Below are positions 8,086 to 18,500 of a DNA stretch of 63,820 nt, in pieces. Each line of letters opens with the position of its first letter. Position 1 is the first letter of the stretch. The translations under genes were made by a program, and so were the position numbers. The notes under the pieces were generated by a model. That model saw only the letters and a program-made list of their open reading frames with translations. It had not been told where the DNA came from and ran no database searches. The DNA is taken from IMG/VR virus record IMGVR_UViG_3300034760_000013, positions 1 to 63,820 of that record; one strand, given 5' to 3'. The DNA comes from a virus.

Positions 8086-11000
8086 ATGGATGACATCCGA
8101 GCCCGCCTAGACGCGCTAAGGGCGGGAAATCCGCTCGCGTCCAAATATATCCCCGTGGATGAGCCGGTCGACTTCTCGTCGGAGCTCGTCCCGCCGAAGG
8201 CTTATCCGCAAGCCGAGAAGGGCGACTTTATCGACGAGCCCGTCGACTTCTCGTCTGAGCTGGTCGCGCCAACGTCTTCCGGATCTTCCTTCAACCGGGC
8301 CGTTGGCGACTACACACGCGAGTTTGGCAAGGGCGCCGCTCATGGCGCGACCTCTGCCGTGGGCAGCGCGGTTCAGGGCATCGATAGCGTCGGCAGCAGG
8401 CCGTCCACAATGGAGGGGATCGCTGGCGCGGCGTCTCGCCTCTCGCCTTTCAATCTGATCGACAAGGCGCTGAAAGGCGTCGGCCTGATCGATGAGACGG
8501 GCGCTGATGCCATGCAGCGCATGCGCGATGAGGCTCGGCCAGAACCTCGCAGCGACGTAACCGCCGGGCCGTTCTACAAGGCCGGCCAGGACGTGAAGAG
8601 CTTTGCCGACGAGCAGTTTCCCGCCGCCCCAGGATGGGAAGACTCCCTCACGCGCAAGGTCAGTGGAGCGCTCGGTTCAACCGTTCCACTGGTCGGCGTC
8701 AGCATGCTTCCTGGTGGTGTCGGGCTTGGCATGACGGCAGGATCTCTGATGAGCTCTGCCGAGGCCGTGGATCGCGCCGTCGAAGCAGGAGCCACCAAGG
8801 AGCAGATCGCCGAGGCGGGCAGGCAAGGTCGACTGGTCGGCCTAACCGAGCAGTTTCCGATCGAGGTGATCCTTGAGCGTGTCCCGCTACCTGCTGCTGG
8901 CAAGGCTATCAGCGCCCTTGGCCGCGTTATCGCCAAGGCGCTGGCAGAGGGCGGGCAAGAAGGCGTCCAGCAAACCCTCCAGAATTTGATTGAGAAGGGC
9001 GTCTACAATCCCGCGCAAGACATCTGGGAGGGTACGGCTGAAAACGCTGTGCTCGGTACGGTTGTCGGTGGTGGCATGGGCGTGGTGGGCGAGGCCGCAA
9101 CCCCGCGGCCGGGCGAACCGGCTCAGCCAGGACAGCCAGCGCCCGCTCGAGCCGAGCCGACCTTTGGCCTGGATGGCGAGGTTCTGCCGCCCGAGCCTGC
9201 ACCGCCGGCCGGACCCGGCCTGGACGCGCCTGGTCCGACGATCATCGACGGTGAGGTGGTGCCGCCGTTGGTTGACAGATCAGTCGGAAGTTCGGGTTTG
9301 GTTGCGGAGACGCCTGCGCAACCCGCCAACGCACCTGTCGCGCAGGGACCGCTCGGATTGCCGGACCCGTCCCTCGATGGCGAGATTCTTCCGCCTGCGG
9401 CACGCCAGGCTCTAGCCGGCCTGCTGGATCGCCCGCAGATCGACGGAGAGGTGAACCAGCCGGCGCCCGCCGCGCCGGACGAGACTACAGCACTGCCCGC
9501 GCCGACTCTGTCCGACAATGCCCTGCAATTACCGGCAACAAGTCCGCAGGGGCTACCCGCGCCGCCGGCACAGATCGCGCAGCCTATCGCGAGTGACAAT
9601 CAAGAAACGTTGTCTATCGCGGGACCGGCTTCCGTTGAAGCCAACGCAGCACCCCTGGTCGACGAGCCCCTCGACCTAAGCGACGAGCTTATCGCGCCGG
9701 TAGGTCTCGGCACCCGCTCCAAGCCGCTTATGCTTTCCGGGCCCGCCGCGCTCGAAGCTGCAAACCAGCGTGCTGCGCAACCCACAGTCGGCCAGGCTAA
9801 GGCCAACAACTACAAGCAAGGCCATGTCCGCTTCCCGCGGAAGAGCCCCTATGCCGGCATGGTCGTGGCGATCGAGACCCCAAAGGGCGCCGTCCGTCGT
9901 GACAAGCAGAACGACACCCCGCAATGGGAGGTAACGCTTCCAGCAACGTATGGCCGGATTCAGAACACCGTCGGCGGCGATAAGCAGCCGGTCGACGTCT
10001 ACATCGGTGACAATCTCGATTCACCGTCTGCCTTTGTCATCGACCAGGTCGACCCTGACACGGGTCGCTGGGACGAGCATAAAGTTGTAGTCGGCGCCAA
10101 CAGCCGCCAGGAAGCCGAGGCTATCTATGACGGCGGCTTCCAGGACGGCTCCGGCCCGATGCGCCGCGCTGCTGTCTCCGAAATCCCCGCCGGAAATCTG
10201 AAGGCCTGGGCCACGTCGGGCAAAGCCCGCCGCCCGTTTGACCGCAACGCTGTCGCCGAGTTCCGGCGGAATCGGGAGGCCATGAAGCCGAAGATCGGGA
10301 TGGATCCCGAGCGGATGATGGCGAAGTTCCCCATCCTCAAATCCCTGGCCGCGGAGGGTGGCGTCGACCCGAGATCTCCGCTGGCCGGCGAGCTGCGCAA
10401 CATGGGCGTCACCGAGTCCTTCGTGAAGAAGAACAGCTCGTTGCGTGGCCTCTACCAGCCAGGCGGCCGCACGGCGGTAGACAACTTCCCGGCTTCAGAA
10501 TGGGGCGACTATTTCCCCGAGCTGCAGGGGCAAGAGGACGACCACAACGGCTACGTCCCGCCCGAGTCGATGCTGGGCGCGATCCGTGACGAGACCTTCG
10601 GCGCACCCCGCCGCACACCTGCCGAGCAGGAAAAGATTGACGCCTATCGCGAGGCGATGGACGATGCCCGCAGGAGACATACCGATGCCGAACTCCAAGA
10701 AGTCATCAACGACGCCCCCTGGGACATCGGCGACGAACTCCGAAGCGACGCCTGGACCGACAGTGACACAGAAAGCTACCTGGCTAGCCAGGAAGTTTCG
10801 GCAGATGGCGGCGACCGCTACACCGGACAGGAAGCCGGTTTTGATGGAGACCAGCCGGAAGTTCGCGAAGGTCGCGAAGATGAAATAGAGCCGGGGGCTT
10901 ACGAGCCCGACGAGGAGGAGACCAGATCCCCGCCGCCGACTTCCTCCTGGATGGAGGAGCGGGAAGCCAGGATTAAAGCCTCCAGGGCGGCTGGAAACCA

Positions 11001-14000
11001 GCACCTCGACCAAGCGCAAGCCGCCGTCGAGACGATGCGTGGGCACGAGATATTCTCCGTCCATGATCCGAAAGAGCGCGGCAAAATCCGCACCGTCTCA
11101 AATGACGGCGACGTGGTCGTGCATTGGGCCGACAGCTACTCGGCACAGAAGAACCTGGCTCAAGAGAAGACTGAGAAGCGGGGCAGGCAGACTGTAACCG
11201 TCCACGAGTCCTGGCTGATGCCCAGTGACCTCAAGGATTACGTTTTTGCCCGTGGCTCGGTGGAGGTAGAGGCCGGTGCCGACGGCAAGGCCCAGACCGT
11301 CATCCCCGGCGCGGAGAAGATCGGCGACGGCAAACTCGCACAAATGAAGGCCGACACGCCGCTGCGTCCGCAGGCCGATCAGAAGCCCATGGACGCCGGC
11401 CTGTTCGGCGATAGCGCCGCGCAGACCGACCTCATGGACCTGGTTCGCAAGCCGGAGGCTGGACCGCCAGTCGAAATAATCGAAACGGCCGAGCAGGTTG
11501 TCGAAGAGCCTCGCGTTGAGGCTACCCGCAAGCCCGAGCGACTCGAGGATGCTGGCGCTAAGATCGGTGGCGCGCGGAAGGACCGCTGGCGCGAGCGCGG
11601 CCTGACTCTGGACGACCTCGACGGCATGACCGCCGTGCATGGCACGGCCGGCGGCGTGTTCACCAAGGAGACCGGCTACAAAGGCGATCCCTACCCGAAC
11701 GCCGAGGAGCGCGCCGCGATCAACGCCGCGTTTGACGAGCTGGTCGACGCGATGAAGGTCGACGAGAGCGTCGATCCCCCGGTTGTTTATTCGGCCCGCC
11801 GCGGCGCAGCGCCATCTCGCGCCAAGCTGGAAACCGAGATCGAGGCTATCGTCCGGCAAGTCGCCCCAGACTCGGTTGCGCTGGAGCTCCACGACAGCAT
11901 GACCGTGGACGGCAGCAACCCAGGCCTGAAAGCCTGGAACCTGCGCGGCCCACAGAAGATCGCCGGCTCCTACAGCTACATCCATGACCTGATCCGCGTC
12001 GCCATGGACATGGACCCGGTCAACACGGCTTTCCATGAGTCCTGGCACTCGATCGAGCGCCTGATGACAAAGGCCGAGCGGGCGCTGTTCGCGCGGGAAA
12101 TGCCGCGGCTGCGCTCAATCGCTGACCGTGATCTCGCCGACGGCGCGGCCGACATCAGCAAGGGCGAGGTGCTGGCCGTTGCTTTCGCAGCCTATTCCGA
12201 GGCGCGCTACAAGGGCATGCACGTTGGCGTGCGCCGGTTTTTCGACAAGCTGGCACGCATCATCCGCAAGGTCCGCAATCTGCTGCAGGGCTACAGCTTC
12301 AACACGGCCGAAGACGTCTTCGACGCCGCCTATGCTGGCGAGATTAAGGGCAGGGCAGGGGAGAGCGCGGCAAAGAGTGAAGCGCTATCCGCACGCCGCC
12401 GTCCGACCGCCGCGCAACAGCAGGCATCAGGCGCTGCGTTCGTCGCGCCCGAGCCGTCCAAGGCTCGCGACTTCCGGTTCAAGTGGCAGGACCGCTTCAT
12501 CGACATGCGCGAATACCAGCGCGCGATCGAAAAACAGATCGGTGCCGCACTGGCGCCCGACCAGGATGTCTATCGCTTCGAGGAGCTCTACCCTGGCAAG
12601 ACCGGCGCGCGCCTCAACAAGGTGCGCAGGGACCACGTCCAGCCGATCATCAAATACATGAAGCAGCACAAGATCTCCTACAAGGAGATCGGCGAGTTCC
12701 TCATGGCGCGGCACGCCCTCGAGCGGAACGCGCACCTGCGCAAGATGGGTTCCACCAAGGCGGACCCGTCGGGCATGTCAGACGCGGACGCCATGGCGAT
12801 CGTGCGCAAGCACCGTGCGGCTAACCGCCTGGCCAACTTCAATTCACTCGGCAAGCGCGTCGACAAGCTGATCGCTGAGACCCGTGACGGTCTGCTGCGC
12901 GATGGCCTCATCACGCCCGAGCAGCACAAGGACTGGGGGAGCACCTACAACTACTACGTCCCGCTGCGTGGCTTTGAGACCGACCCCGAGCACGACGAGG
13001 GCAACCCGATGGGCACGGGTAAGGGCTTCGACATTGGTGGACCGGAAGCCAAGGCGGCAATGGGCCGGGGCAGCAAATCCGACAACCCGCTGCTCTATGT
13101 CATCCTGCAGGCAGAGACCGGCGCCATTCGTGGCGAGAAGAACCGCGTGCTGCGCGCCCTGGTGCGCCTGGTCAAAGCGAACCCCAACAAGGACGTCTGG
13201 GAGATCGACCAGCATGAAATCCGCTCGCGCCGCAACCCGACCACTGGGCTGATCGAGACCTACCATGTCGGCCCGCAGGCGCTGAACGACGCAAACACGT
13301 TCCGCGTGAAGATCGGCGGCAAGACGCAGTTCATTACGCTCAAGGACGACCGCCTGGCGCGCGACATGAAGCAGCTCGGCGCCGAAGGGCTGACCGGCGT
13401 TCTCAATTTCAGCGCCGGGATCAATCGCTTCCTATCCAAGGCCAACACGTCCTGGAACCCCGCGTTCTCGATCCCAAACTTCTTCCGCGATCTGCAGGCC
13501 GGCATGCTGCACATGAGCGAGTTCAAGGTGCGCGGCCTGCGCACCAAGGTGCTGCGGGATCTTCCGGCGGCAACGCGCGGCATGTGGCGCTACACTCGCG
13601 ACAAGGACACCTCGACTGGCTGGGCCAAGTACGCCCAGGAGTTCGCCGACGCGGGCGGCAAGATCGAGTTTTACAACATGGACAACGTCCGCGATCAGCA
13701 GAAGAAGCTGGAGCGGAAATTGAAAGGCAGCGCCAGGGACAAGGCTCTCGCCGTGGTCGAGGCCTTTGAGGACGCCAACGGCGCGGTCGAGAATGCCATC
13801 CGCCTCGCGCTGTTCGTCAACTTGCGCCGGGCCGGCAAGAGCAAGGCCGATGCGGCCAGCGCAGCGCGCAATCTAACCGTCAACTTCAACCGCCGTGGCG
13901 CCAACGCGCCGACCGTGAACGCTCTCTACATGTTCTTCAACGCCGCGGTGCAGGGCAGCGTCCGCCTGGGCCAAGCTATCAAGCGGTCGCCCGTGAAGAT

Positions 14001-15063
14001 GGGTGCTGCGCTCGGCGCCATGGTCGCGCTTGGGGCAGTCGAGGACATGCTCAACTACGCTCTCGCCGGCGAAGACGACGACGACATGAACCGCTGGGAC
14101 AAGGTGCCGACCTGGGAGAAGGAGCGCAACCTGATCCTCATGTGGCCAGGCTCCGACGTCGGCTACAAGATCCCGCTGAGCTACGGCTACAATGTCGCTG
14201 TTGTGCTCGGCATGGAGCTTTCGGCGGTTGCCCGGCATTCGCTCGGCATGGGCCAGGGGTCCAGCGTGGCGGAAGCCACGGCAAAGATGATGAGCTCCTT
14301 CATGGGCTCGTTTATGCCGATCGACGATGGCGGCTCTGCCCTCCAGTGGGCGGCGCCGACGGTGGCCGATCCATTCCTTCAGATCGCCGAGAACACCGAC
14401 TGGGCCGGCAAGCCGGTTCACCGTCAGAGCTTCGACGAGAAAGATCCGAAGGCCTACCTCTACAATCGCGGCGCCTCGCCCTGGATGAAGGCCGCGGCCG
14501 AGGCCGCAAACAAGGCCACCGGCGGCAACGAGTTCAGGAAGGGCGCGATCGACGTTTCGCCTGACGACCTCGACCACCTCGCAGCATTCTTCACGGGCGG
14601 CGCAGGCGATTTCTGGATCAACAAGGTGATTGGCAGCGGCTGGAAGCTCGCCACTGGCGAGGAGATCCAGAGCTATCAGGTGCCGCTGGTCTCGAAGGTG
14701 CGCACGGAGGTCAGCTCGATGACCGACTCTGGCGTCTACTACGACCTGCGCGACGAGGTGCAGACGGTCGAGCAGGAGATCAAGGGTTTCCGCAAGATTG
14801 GTGAGCCTGAGAAGGCTAAAGCTGCAGCGGAGGCGCGGCCGGTCGAGACGAAAGCGATCAAGGCGTTCAGCGGCGCCGAGAAGCAGCTCGCGAAGCTGCG
14901 CAAGGTGGTCAAGGCGATCGACGCCGACAAAGACCTAACCAGCGCGCAGAAGCAGGCCAAGATCAAGGTGGTGCGCGAGCGCCAGGACGCCATCATGCGC
15001 CAGGCCCGAAAGGTCTGGGAGCAGGCGAGGGAAGGGGAGGTCGCTACTGCGCCGGCTCTTTGA
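8086..15063 (+). CDS. Giant (2325 aa) multidomain virion/ejection protein: pyrophosphatase-like segment, HExxH zincin motif, PLxRFG-type region, hydrophobic C-terminal part
   Basis: Single uninterrupted ORF. IETPKGAVRRDK...YGRIQNTVGGDKQPVDVYIGD resembles family-I inorganic pyrophosphatase. FHESWH at 12034-12048. YYVPLRGFE at 12961-12975. Repeated short motifs DEP(V/L)D(F/L)S.EL(V/I) occur 3 times and (I/L)DGE(V/I).(P/Q)P 4 times. Confidence 0.75.
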   Translation: MDDIRARLDALRAGNPLASKYIPVDEPVDFSSELVPPKAYPQAEKGDFIDEPVDFSSELVAPTSSGSSFNRAVGDYTREFGKGAAHGATSAVGSAVQGIDSVGSRPSTMEGIAGAASRLSPFNLIDKALKGVGLIDETGADAMQRMRDEARPEPRSDVTAGPFYKAGQDVKSFADEQFPAAPGWEDSLTRKVSGALGSTVPLVGVSMLPGGVGLGMTAGSLMSSAEAVDRAVEAGATKEQIAEAGRQGRLVGLTEQFPIEVILERVPLPAAGKAISALGRVIAKALAEGGQEGVQQTLQNLIEKGVYNPAQDIWEGTAENAVLGTVVGGGMGVVGEAATPRPGEPAQPGQPAPARAEPTFGLDGEVLPPEPAPPAGPGLDAPGPTIIDGEVVPPLVDRSVGSSGLVAETPAQPANAPVAQGPLGLPDPSLDGEILPPAARQALAGLLDRPQIDGEVNQPAPAAPDETTALPAPTLSDNALQLPATSPQGLPAPPAQIAQPIASDNQETLSIAGPASVEANAAPLVDEPLDLSDELIAPVGLGTRSKPLMLSGPAALEAANQRAAQPTVGQAKANNYKQGHVRFPRKSPYAGMVVAIETPKGAVRRDKQNDTPQWEVTLPATYGRIQNTVGGDKQPVDVYIGDNLDSPSAFVIDQVDPDTGRWDEHKVVVGANSRQEAEAIYDGGFQDGSGPMRRAAVSEIPAGNLKAWATSGKARRPFDRNAVAEFRRNREAMKPKIGMDPERMMAKFPILKSLAAEGGVDPRSPLAGELRNMGVTESFVKKNSSLRGLYQPGGRTAVDNFPASEWGDYFPELQGQEDDHNGYVPPESMLGAIRDETFGAPRRTPAEQEKIDAYREAMDDARRRHTDAELQEVINDAPWDIGDELRSDAWTDSDTESYLASQEVSADGGDRYTGQEAGFDGDQPEVREGREDEIEPGAYEPDEEETRSPPPTSSWMEEREARIKASRAAGNQHLDQAQAAVETMRGHEIFSVHDPKERGKIRTVSNDGDVVVHWADSYSAQKNLAQEKTEKRGRQTVTVHESWLMPSDLKDYVFARGSVEVEAGADGKAQTVIPGAEKIGDGKLAQMKADTPLRPQADQKPMDAGLFGDSAAQTDLMDLVRKPEAGPPVEIIETAEQVVEEPRVEATRKPERLEDAGAKIGGARKDRWRERGLTLDDLDGMTAVHGTAGGVFTKETGYKGDPYPNAEERAAINAAFDELVDAMKVDESVDPPVVYSARRGAAPSRAKLETEIEAIVRQVAPDSVALELHDSMTVDGSNPGLKAWNLRGPQKIAGSYSYIHDLIRVAMDMDPVNTAFHESWHSIERLMTKAERALFAREMPRLRSIADRDLADGAADISKGEVLAVAFAAYSEARYKGMHVGVRRFFDKLARIIRKVRNLLQGYSFNTAEDVFDAAYAGEIKGRAGESAAKSEALSARRRPTAAQQQASGAAFVAPEPSKARDFRFKWQDRFIDMREYQRAIEKQIGAALAPDQDVYRFEELYPGKTGARLNKVRRDHVQPIIKYMKQHKISYKEIGEFLMARHALERNAHLRKMGSTKADPSGMSDADAMAIVRKHRAANRLANFNSLGKRVDKLIAETRDGLLRDGLITPEQHKDWGSTYNYYVPLRGFETDPEHDEGNPMGTGKGFDIGGPEAKAAMGRGSKSDNPLLYVILQAETGAIRGEKNRVLRALVRLVKANPNKDVWEIDQHEIRSRRNPTTGLIETYHVGPQALNDANTFRVKIGGKTQFITLKDDRLARDMKQLGAEGLTGVLNFSAGINRFLSKANTSWNPAFSIPNFFRDLQAGMLHMSEFKVRGLRTKVLRDLPAATRGMWRYTRDKDTSTGWAKYAQEFADAGGKIEFYNMDNVRDQQKKLERKLKGSARDKALAVVEAFEDANGAVENAIRLALFVNLRRAGKSKADAASAARNLTVNFNRRGANAPTVNALYMFFNAAVQGSVRLGQAIKRSPVKMGAALGAMVALGAVEDMLNYALAGEDDDDMNRWDKVPTWEKERNLILMWPGSDVGYKIPLSYGYNVAVVLGMELSAVARHSLGMGQGSSVAEATAKMMSSFMGSFMPIDDGGSALQWAAPTVADPFLQIAENTDWAGKPVHRQSFDEKDPKAYLYNRGASPWMKAAAEAANKATGGNEFRKGAIDVSPDDLDHLAAFFTGGAGDFWINKVIGSGWKLATGEEIQSYQVPLVSKVRTEVSSMTDSGVYYDLRDEVQTVEQEIKGFRKIGEPEKAKAAAEARPVETKAIKAFSGAEKQLAKLRKVVKAIDADKDLTSAQKQAKIKVVRERQDAIMRQARKVWEQAREGEVATAPAL

Positions 15064-15433
15064 GTTCGGCGTCGATCTCCGCGTCCATATCGGTGAAGAA
15101 TTTGCGGGATGAGGCCTCTGCGGGGGAGTCGGACGGAGTGCAGGCCATGGCATTGTTCGCCCATGAGCAGGCTGAAAGATCGCCGGTAAATCGGTCGAGG
15201 ATCACCGTGGTCGATCCTTGATGCAGGAACTCGTAGCGGTGTGGCCGGTCCCGAAGCGCGTAAGCGCCAAAGACGCCGGATACGCCAAGAATGAGAGCAG
15301 CGAGGACGATGGCGACGTCGATGTAGCTCCTGGGCGGAGCCGGCGGTCGCCGCAGTCGAAAGTTCAAATCCTCAGTGGTCCCCATCCAATCGTCGGGGCC
15401 GATGTCAGGTCTCGGTTCGGGCTTTTCACGCAC
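15044..15433 (-). CDS. Reverse-strand single-pass membrane protein (moron; superinfection-exclusion candidate)
   Basis: It fills the only sizeable gap between two giant plus-strand genes. Clear TM helix YIDVAIVLAALILGVSGVFGAYAL followed by a Cys-containing domain. Start uncertain (GTG at 15433 or ATG 48 nt downstream). Confidence 0.55.
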   Translation of the reverse strand: MREKPEPRPDIGPDDWMGTTEDLNFRLRRPPAPPRSYIDVAIVLAALILGVSGVFGAYALRDRPHRYEFLHQGSTTVILDRFTGDLSACSWANNAMACTPSDSPAEASSRKFFTDMDAEIDAELKEPAQ

Positions 15434-15569
15434 GCCGCTTAGGAAGCACTAGCGCGTGGCTAGGCGTCAAGAGCCTGCAAATCGCTTATCATGCGCCAGC
15501 CGACGCGAGTCGGCCCATCCCCTCCCCATTCCGTGACGTCGAACCAACCCCCTCAAGGGACGACCACGG

Positions 15570-18500
15570 ATGGGTATCAACTCATATCGCACGACGAGTC
15601 CCGAGGGACGCGACGCGATCAAGAATTACGAGAGCTTTAGGACCAACGCCTACCAGGACGGTGGTGGCGTCTGGACGATCGGCTTTGGGACAACCCGCTA
15701 TGCTGACGGGACCAAGGTAAAGCCTGGCGACAAGATCACTCCCGAGGAGGCCGAAGCTGCGTTCGCTGCGGATCTGGCCGCCCACGAGCAGCAGATCAAA
15801 GACATCAACATGAACCTGACGCAGCCGCAGTTCGATGCGCTCGCGTCCCTTACCTACAATCTCGGCCCTGCTGCCTTCGATAAATACCCGAGCCTGGGCG
15901 AGGCCATCGCCAACAATGACAAGGAAGCGCTGCTCGCAGCCTTCGATAAGTTTACCTACGACAACGGACAGCAAGTCAAAGGCCTGGCAAACCGGCGCAA
16001 CGCCGAACAGGCCATGTTTACCAGCCCGCTGGACATAGCCCAGTCGCCAGAGGCGCGCCCATCGCTGGCGCAGCCGCAGATGGACCTGGTTGCGGGAGAG
16101 GCGGGGCCACAGGTCACCGCGCTGCAGCAGAAGCTCAACGAGCTCGGCTATTCGGTCACGGTTGACGGCGTCTACGGCGAGGAAACCAAGAAGGCCGTCG
16201 AGACGGTTCAGGCCCAGCTCGGGCTGTCGCCCACGGGCGGTGCCATTGCCGACGTCGCCACGCTGAACGCGATCGACACTCAGGGGCCAGTCGCTCCGAT
16301 GGTTGCGCCTGAAGAAGCGCTCGTCGCCGTGAATGCGCCCGATCCCCTAGCCGTCGGCATTGCCGCACCGGCGCCGAATGCACCGTTTGGCTTCGAGCAG
16401 CAGATGGCCGAGCTCGGCCTGCCAGCAGGCGCGCCAGTCCCCGCCATGGAGACGCTGACCGCCTACACCGGCGCTCCAGACCCAGCCACCCTGGGCCCGG
16501 CGCCGGACACATCCCTGCCAGCGCCCGTCGCTGACTTTGCCGACGCCATCAGGACGCGCGTGCCGGAAATGACGATGGGCACTCCCGTGCCCGCGCCATC
16601 ACCACTGTCACCAGTGTCATCAGTGCAGGCGACACCTGTCGGGCCGGCCCCATCGGCCGCTGTCGTTGCCGCTACTGCAGCGGCACCTGTCGACGCACCA
16701 GCTCCGCTCAGCGGCCTCGATCCGGCCGCCTCGATCATGGGCTCTCCGGCGCCTGCCGCCATGGCCGGCACGGAGGTGCCCTCCCTGGACCCTACGGCAG
16801 GGGCCCCGGCCCCGACCCCATCCTCGTCAGTGCTCTCGTCATTTGCGCCCTCTGTCGCATCCCCCAACCGGGGCCCCCTTGGAGCTTTGTCGCAGCCGGA
16901 CTCCCTCGACGCGCAACCAGCTCCGGGGGCCCCGGCCCCTGCTCCAACAGCCGAAACACTGGGCGCGTTCAATTCGCGCATGGATTCGCGCGTGGAGAAG
17001 CTGGGCCTAGCCGGTGACCAGCTCCGTGCCGAGCACGAAAAGATGTTCTCGCAGCCGGCGCCCACGACAACGCCTGGCGCGCCGGCGCCGTCGGCCGCGG
17101 TCACCAACTCATTCAACTCCCAGACCTCGCCTGCAGCGGGCGCGCTCGGGGCTATGGATCCCGTGTCGGACATCACTGCGATGACCGACCCGAACATGGG
17201 CACGATGCCGGCAGCTCCGGCGACGGCCGCTCCGGCCCCATCCGCAGCCGTTATGAGCAGCGGCACATCGACCGCCTGGGGCGGCCAGGAAGCGCCTGCC
17301 GAGGGCCCGTCAACCGGCGGTATGCCGACCGGCGATCAAGCCGCCAGCCTCGCCGAGTTCACCGAGCAGATGGACGCCAACATGGCGGGCCTCCAGGACA
17401 AAGTCGACGACGTCAAAGTCGATCAGTTCGGCCTGTTTGGCGGCGTATCCCAGCCTGGCGCGCCGGTCACAGGGCCGATCGACACTCCTGCGCCTGTGGC
17501 CGCCGAAGGCCCAGGGATGCAGCTCACGGCCATCGATGCGCCCGACCCTGTCGATGCGCCCGCACCGTCTAACCCAGTCGACGCTCCTGCCGGCATCATG
17601 GGCGCCGCCGCGCCGGCCCCATCCTCACCAGTCGGCCCGGCCGCCAGCTTGGTTGGCACAGAGGTTTCAGCACCGGAAGCTCCAACCCCGACCGCTCCGG
17701 CACCATCAGCGGAGGTCATCGGCGACAATCCTGGCTACACGCCAGGGCCGTCTCCAGACTTCTCCGCGCCGAGCTCGCCCTCGCCGGATCCTGGTGTTGT
17801 GGACGACGTCGTCGCCGACACACCGCTTGCCGCCGACATGGCCGGACCAGCAGTGCCAGGCCTGGATACGGCTGCGGCCGCTGCGGCGACCTCACTCGCC
17901 GGCATGCCGTCGGCAGCTCCGACGCCGTCGGCCGCCGTGCTCAGCACTCCGACGGAGAGCATCTCCGCGACGCCTGCTTCGCCAGATTTCGGGCCCGAGG
18001 CTCCGGCCCCCGGCTCCTTCACGGTCGACACAGGCTTGGCGCCGAAGGGCGATCTTCCTGCCGGCCTCCTGGCCGATGCTCCAGCACCGGCGCCAGCCCC
18101 TGCCCAAGTCGAGGCTCCAGCCCTGGCAGCAACACCCGGTCCCGCATCCCTGCCTGGTGCGCCAGCCGCGGCAACGCCAGACGAACGTTTGAGCCGCATG
18201 CCGACCGCACCTGCAGCCGAGGTCGAGCTCGTCGATGACGACGCACCGACGCCGCAAGTTGCTCCGGCTCCGGCTGCTCCGGCCCCCACCGAGGTCGGCC
18301 CGATCACTATGGACACAGCGCCAGCGGTAACCGGCCCAGGAGCCCCACCAGCGCCCGCCGTGACCAAGGTGGCACCTGAGACGCCCGCAGCCCCCAATCC
18401 CGCTCCTGAGCCAAGCGTGGCCCCGGCAGCACCGGCTCCGGCAGTCCCCGACGAAACCGTCGCACCGGCGCCGTCTCCAGACGTTGTCAAAGGACCACTC

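Noticed and set aside
11098-12048. 316-aa minus-strand ORF (with 10495..11064, 12844..13266 and 13873..14577) inside the 2325-aa gene
   Set aside because: These are antisense shadow ORFs typical of high-GC DNA. Their translations are Arg/Gly/Ala/Val-rich with no motifs, and they lie entirely inside a much longer, motif-bearing plus-strand ORF.
8086-15063. Possibility that the giant protein is an N4-like virion RNA polymerase
   Set aside because: I could not find T7-like RNA polymerase motifs. The recognisable features (pyrophosphatase-like segment, HExxH, PLxRFG-type motif) point to a different kind of polyvalent or ejection protein.
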